Below, piece by piece: positions 40,844-44,357 of a DNA stretch of 44,357 nt (positions are counted from its first letter, which is position 1; the number at the start of each line of letters is the position of its first letter). Made by a program: the position numbers and the translations under genes. Source of the DNA: a virus (taxonomy: Duplodnaviria; Caudoviricetes); the IMG/VR virus record IMGVR_UViG_3300047409_000205, positions 1 through 44,357 of that record, one strand, 5' to 3'. The notes beneath the pieces are model-generated. The model did no database searches and was not told the origin of the DNA. It worked only from the letters and a program-made list of their open reading frames with translations.

Positions 40844-41181
40844 TCCTTCACCTTCTCCCTCTTGGCGGCGAGTTGCTTCACTTTGTCGATGATTTCCTTT
40901 TTGCTGGCATCGGTGGGTATCAGGTCGCCAAGTGCCTGTCTGACTTCATCGAACAGGTCACGGTAATGCTTTTGCCCTGCTCTCTCGGCGGCAAGCAGGA
41001 CTTCATCGTAAGGCAATGCCAAGTCGTAAACATCCCTGTCCGTCCATTCACCTGTCGCGGGTTTGGATGTTTCTCCTAAATCTACGGGGTGGCGGTATTC
41101 TAAATGCGTTCCTTGACCCTTATTGCGAACAATGCAATTCGGTTCCTGCTCACCTGTCGTGGGTTTGGGTTGGTCGTTCAT
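40840..41181 (-). CDS. Hypothetical protein
   Basis: 113 aa, ATGA overlaps on both sides. Confidence 0.7.
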   Translation of the reverse strand: MNDQPKPTTGEQEPNCIVRNKGQGTHLEYRHPVDLGETSKPATGEWTDRDVYDLALPYDEVLLAAERAGQKHYRDLFDEVRQALGDLIPTDASKKEIIDKVKQLAAKREKVKE

Positions 41182-41396
41182 GGGAATAACACCTCATCCG
41201 AATCCGCCATCGCCTTTAGTTCCTTCTCCACGTTACGTATCTTCACCCGCAGCTCCCACATATAATTGCCGGGGATCGGGAAGTAGCCGGCTTGCTCATG
41301 CGTGGCATACAACGCGCGCAACCCATCCAGCCGCAGTTTCTTGGCATAAAGCGCGTCCCGATGTTTCCTTTCGCGGTCAAACGCCTTTAATTTCAC
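41178..41396 (-). CDS. Hypothetical protein
   Basis: 72 aa, 4-nt overlaps on both sides. Confidence 0.65.
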   Translation of the reverse strand: MKLKAFDRERKHRDALYAKKLRLDGLRALYATHEQAGYFPIPGNYMWELRVKIRNVEKELKAMADSDEVLFP

Positions 41397-41581
41397 AGCT
41401 TCCGTTTCATCCCTTCATCCACCGCTTCGCGCAGCGTATCGTATTCAGCCGAGTAAGTCGTGGTCAGCCCCGGTTTGGATGCCATCACCACCCGAAATTT
41501 CGAGCACCCGTCATCCGTCCGCCGGCTCAAAACCGATTCCAGCTCGCGCTCCAGCCAATCCATTCGTTGCGCGTCATTCAT
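41393..41581 (-). CDS. Hypothetical phage protein (DxxRxDWL...TLREAVD type)
   Basis: MNDAQRMDWLE...TLREAVDEGM, a recurrent small phage protein pattern. Confidence 0.7.
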   Translation of the reverse strand: MNDAQRMDWLERELESVLSRRTDDGCSKFRVVMASKPGLTTTYSAEYDTLREAVDEGMKRKL

Positions 41582-41859
41582 AGAAAAGTAAATTGTTCGT
41601 GGGGCTTGCTTCCGTTCACTGCGAAGAGAGGCACGTTACGCCTGGCGCGTGTAAGCGCGCGGCCGCAGTATGGGCACCGCTTACAATCCACTACCATGCC
41701 CTTTCGTCTTAGCCCGGCAATCGCCAGGGTAGCCGCCTTTTGCTTTCCGTAAATCGAATGTGACCTGTTAAGCAACGTTGCCAGCGTAACCATTTTACAG
41801 CCCGGATTTTCCTTAATAAATTCAAGACACACGTGCTCGTCGTTAGTAAGGCCAGGCAT
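41578..41859 (-). CDS. Winged-HTH protein with CxxCxxC motif
   Basis: ATG 41859 is TGATG-coupled to the terL stop; LEFIKENPGCKMVTLATLL...LRRKGMV; CKRCPYCG. Confidence 0.65.
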   Translation of the reverse strand: MPGLTNDEHVCLEFIKENPGCKMVTLATLLNRSHSIYGKQKAATLAIAGLRRKGMVVDCKRCPYCGRALTRARRNVPLFAVNGSKPHEQFTFL

Positions 41860-43772
41860 CAGTAACTCCCTCCCCCGCGCCACGAGTAAGCATCTTCCCC
41901 GATGTAATCCAGGCCGGCCAAAGTCGCGTAGCGCATCACGTCCACTGGATCCTTGCACGCGCCGTGTTGCTTATCCCTGCCCGTCCACTCGCGCAGGCTG
42001 TAAATCGTGTTCGCGCAGTTGCGCGAGATAAACAGTTTCGGCTCGTTGAGCCTGGCCAGCGTAGGCGAAAACTGCCCGAGCTTTATCTCACCATCGTAAT
42101 CCAGCTTATCGTTAATCAGGCCAGTCCCTTCCGCGATCTCCTTGCCGCTCGCCGCCAGAAACTCCATGCCCAGCTCGCTCAGTTGCTCGATGTGCGTGGT
42201 TGACCCTTCCTTTGTTACCGTAGGGTTAGCCGCATACCGCGAATCCATCCAGCGCTCCTGGATATGTTCCTTGCCTTCCAGCCGCAAAATCTCCTGGATA
42301 TACCGCTCCAGCCCGAACCCGAACGGCGATTGCGCCGGCCCGCGCACACCGTCCGCCGGTTGCCCTGGTAGCGTCCACGGTCCCGGGTCGCCTATACCTG
42401 GGATATAAGCGCCCGGGTGCCCCGTGCTAGGCCATTCCCTGTAAACATACCACCGCCCGCGCGGATCCACGCGAATCCAAATCATAAACCAATTCCGGCC
42501 GTCGCACGGATCCACGATAAGAAAGTTTGTCCCCTGCCGCGGCACCCGCTCCGGTTCTATTACATGAATTGCATCGCTGAACTTGGGGAATTGCTGCGAG
42601 CTTGTGGTAGTAAGTATCCCGTAAACGCGGGAGAGAATTTTAGAGCGCGTGGCCCCCCGGTAAGCGCGGTAAAACCGTTCTTCCCCAAAGAGCGGCAGCT
42701 TGCCACCTTTTGTCCGTCCCATCGCAGCGTCATAACCAAAGTAAGGGTTATCGGTTATGTGAAAGTAAACGATGTTCGCCCGCTGGTTCCCATCCGTGCC
42801 CGGTCCCGCGACCTTTATCCGCGGCACTTTCTCGTAACCAATCACTTCAAAATCAGTTTCAGCCGGCGAACCGGGTTTGTCCGGCTCCTTTGGTGTGTGG
42901 GCAAGCGGGTTTGGCGCCATTGCCAATGGACTGTTTCCGGCTGAAATTTTGGGCCGTTTGACCGGCAACATCTTCGCGTCCACCTCAAACACGGTGCGCG
43001 CCCCGCGCTCATACTCGTTCACGACCGCCGTGTAATTTTCATCGATCGCAGTAAACGTCACGATGATAATGCCGCCCCGGTCGATCATGCGGCCGCGGAG
43101 CGTGCGCAGTAGCTCGATGTTGCGCAACTCATCCAGCCATATCGCGTCGAGCTGGTCGCCTTCCACGTTCTCAATATCCTGTTCGTAATTCTTAAACCAA
43201 TGCTGCGAACCATTCGGCAGGACAAAGCTTTGTTCCGCAAACCCGGTTTTCTGTTTGTAGCTGATGTTTAGCACCGCGCCTTGCCGCGCCTTGCCAGTGT
43301 TAGCTGCCAGCTTCTTTATCTCGAGCGGCATATACCGCCAGAAAATCGGTTGCTGCCGCGCAATCGAGATCGGCCCCGTATCCGCAAAACTCCACGTGCG
43401 TGCGTTATCCCGGTTCCGCAAAACCTTGTGGATCTTCTTCCCGCCATACTCGCTTTTGCTCGAGCGATTCGCGCCGGCAATATAAATCTCTGGCGCACCT
43501 GCGATCTCCCGCGGCACGTCCACTTGCGGCGCCTTGGCCCCCAGCTTCTCCAGCCGGCTCACGTCCAGGATCACGGTGTTCCCGTCCACCAGCAGATCGT
43601 CCACTAGCCCCCACATAGGCGGTTCATACCCGCACGTAAACGGATCTGATTTCTCCGCCGCCATGCGCCGTGCCCGCTCCTCCAGGTAAGCCCTTGTCTT
43701 TTCTTCCCCGTGCACCCGGCACCACTCCGCGCTCGGCATCGGCAAAATCGGATGTGGCTGGAGCCCGATCAT
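41859..43772 (-). CDS. terL: Terminase large subunit
   Basis: Walker A-like AGANRSSKS, Walker B IWLDE, VTFT, FHITDNPY, nuclease VDP...WMDSR...KDPVDVMRY. Confidence 0.92.
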   Translation of the reverse strand: MIGLQPHPILPMPSAEWCRVHGEEKTRAYLEERARRMAAEKSDPFTCGYEPPMWGLVDDLLVDGNTVILDVSRLEKLGAKAPQVDVPREIAGAPEIYIAGANRSSKSEYGGKKIHKVLRNRDNARTWSFADTGPISIARQQPIFWRYMPLEIKKLAANTGKARQGAVLNISYKQKTGFAEQSFVLPNGSQHWFKNYEQDIENVEGDQLDAIWLDELRNIELLRTLRGRMIDRGGIIIVTFTAIDENYTAVVNEYERGARTVFEVDAKMLPVKRPKISAGNSPLAMAPNPLAHTPKEPDKPGSPAETDFEVIGYEKVPRIKVAGPGTDGNQRANIVYFHITDNPYFGYDAAMGRTKGGKLPLFGEERFYRAYRGATRSKILSRVYGILTTTSSQQFPKFSDAIHVIEPERVPRQGTNFLIVDPCDGRNWFMIWIRVDPRGRWYVYREWPSTGHPGAYIPGIGDPGPWTLPGQPADGVRGPAQSPFGFGLERYIQEILRLEGKEHIQERWMDSRYAANPTVTKEGSTTHIEQLSELGMEFLAASGKEIAEGTGLINDKLDYDGEIKLGQFSPTLARLNEPKLFISRNCANTIYSLREWTGRDKQHGACKDPVDVMRYATLAGLDYIGEDAYSWRGGGSY

Positions 43773-44179
43773 AACTGCGGACGCACGATTGCCACCATTG
43801 TGCCGTCAGTAGGACTGCGTTTATTCTGCGCTTCTCCATTCACAAAATGCACCCGGCGACGAAACAATCTTATTTCCGCTCCGCGGTCTTTAAGTCTGTG
43901 ATACCACGCCGTATCAGTCCGGGCGGGCAATACAAACACGACAACTTCCGCAGGTGATGAAAATGCTTTATCCACCCACGGCGTTATGTCTGACCACGGC
44001 GGGTTAAGGAACACTCTGCGGCGCGCCCAATCGCTTTGCAGCCCATCCATTTCCAAAGTCGGATGCGGATTGAACGGGCACGGATCAAAATCAAATCCAA
44101 ACTCGCTATCCAGCGCGTCGTATAAATACCTCGGCGTAGCGTAGCTGTTGTTCCCCGTCCATTTTAGCGGTGCACTCAT
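43769..44179 (-). CDS. dam: Phage DNA N6-adenine methyltransferase (phage Dam family)
   Basis: YATP..LYDALDSEFGFDFDPC, DGLQSDW, VFLNPPW, LPARTDTAWYH, RRVHF. Target sequence unknown. Confidence 0.88.
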   Translation of the reverse strand: MSAPLKWTGNNSYATPRYLYDALDSEFGFDFDPCPFNPHPTLEMDGLQSDWARRRVFLNPPWSDITPWVDKAFSSPAEVVVFVLPARTDTAWYHRLKDRGAEIRLFRRRVHFVNGEAQNKRSPTDGTMVAIVRPQL

Positions 44180-44325
44180 GGCCTTTTCTCTCTCTGCTCC
44201 ATCATGGCATCCGCCATATCGAAAGCCATTTGCGCAAGGGTAGCGAAGTCCGCCTCTGTATCCGGCCCGACAAAAGCCAGGAACCCTTGCATCGCCGCCT
44301 TGGCAAACTCATCCCGGATATTCAT
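44176..44325 (-). CDS. Small phage protein MNIRDEFAKAAMQG...AFDMADAMMEQR (49 aa, not in ORF track)
   Basis: Matches the widespread RDxFAxxAMQG...AYxxADAML phage motif; TAATG and ATGA coupling. Confidence 0.8.
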   Translation of the reverse strand: MNIRDEFAKAAMQGFLAFVGPDTEADFATLAQMAFDMADAMMEQREKRP

Positions 44326-44357
44326 TACTGCTGTTGGGTGATCTTCCACATAGCTTC

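Larger units (their letters stand above)
1..44357. mobile_element. Temperate podovirus-like bacteriophage genome (near-complete, circularly permuted; attP apparently intact)
   Basis: Terminase, portal, scaffold, capsid, nozzle, ejection proteins, endolysin, integrase and DnaB are all present. No tape-measure, sheath or host housekeeping genes seen. Integrase and arm-type repeats are internal with phage genes on both sides. Confidence 0.93.

Noticed and set aside
10392-43901. Numerous plus-strand ORFs of 60-366 aa over the late region (e.g. 18611-19552, 29084-30184, 24474-25277)
   Set aside because: Antisense shadows of well-supported, tightly coupled minus-strand genes in GC-rich DNA; no recognisable motifs.
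44325-44357. Exact circular closure of the window (end joined to position 1)
   Set aside because: No terminal redundancy visible. Joining gives a stop for the left partial ORF but leaves the right-end reading frame (EAMWKITQQQ*) without a convincing start, so closure is unproven.

Overview
The window is almost entirely one temperate, podovirus-like (short-tailed, DNA-ejection-protein type) phage genome. It looks nearly complete and circularly permuted, and contains no recognisable host genes. The minus strand carries a replication module (DnaB helicase, HTH initiator with internal iterons, terminase-small-subunit candidate, Xis-like HTH) at 0.1-4.6 kb. It also carries a ~34 kb late region read from 44.3 kb down to 10.5 kb: Dam-like methylase, TerL, scaffold, capsid, amidase, two paralogous head-tail adaptor-like proteins flanking three receptor-binding-type genes, portal, C5 methylase, holin-like genes, nozzle, an ejection-protein cluster containing a PAPS-reductase-family enzyme, and a 2373-aa polyvalent protein (lysozyme + ART-like + RadC/JAB). 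The plus strand has a small early operon led by ArdC anti-restriction (4.7-7.5 kb), followed by an XRE gene, a divergent RHH/RHH pair, a tyrosine integrase and an attP-like region. The most notable signals are: the enzyme-containing ejection cluster; Sec signal peptides on virion-like proteins; two REP-like repeat families embedded in-frame in genes; hairpin-ATGAACAAC cassettes in the early operon; a circularly permuted LamG-like domain; and a GATC-containing 10-bp tandem array upstream of the capsid operon. A Verrucomicrobiota host is a guess from repeat style and protein resemblance. All family calls are by eye from motifs; no searches were run.
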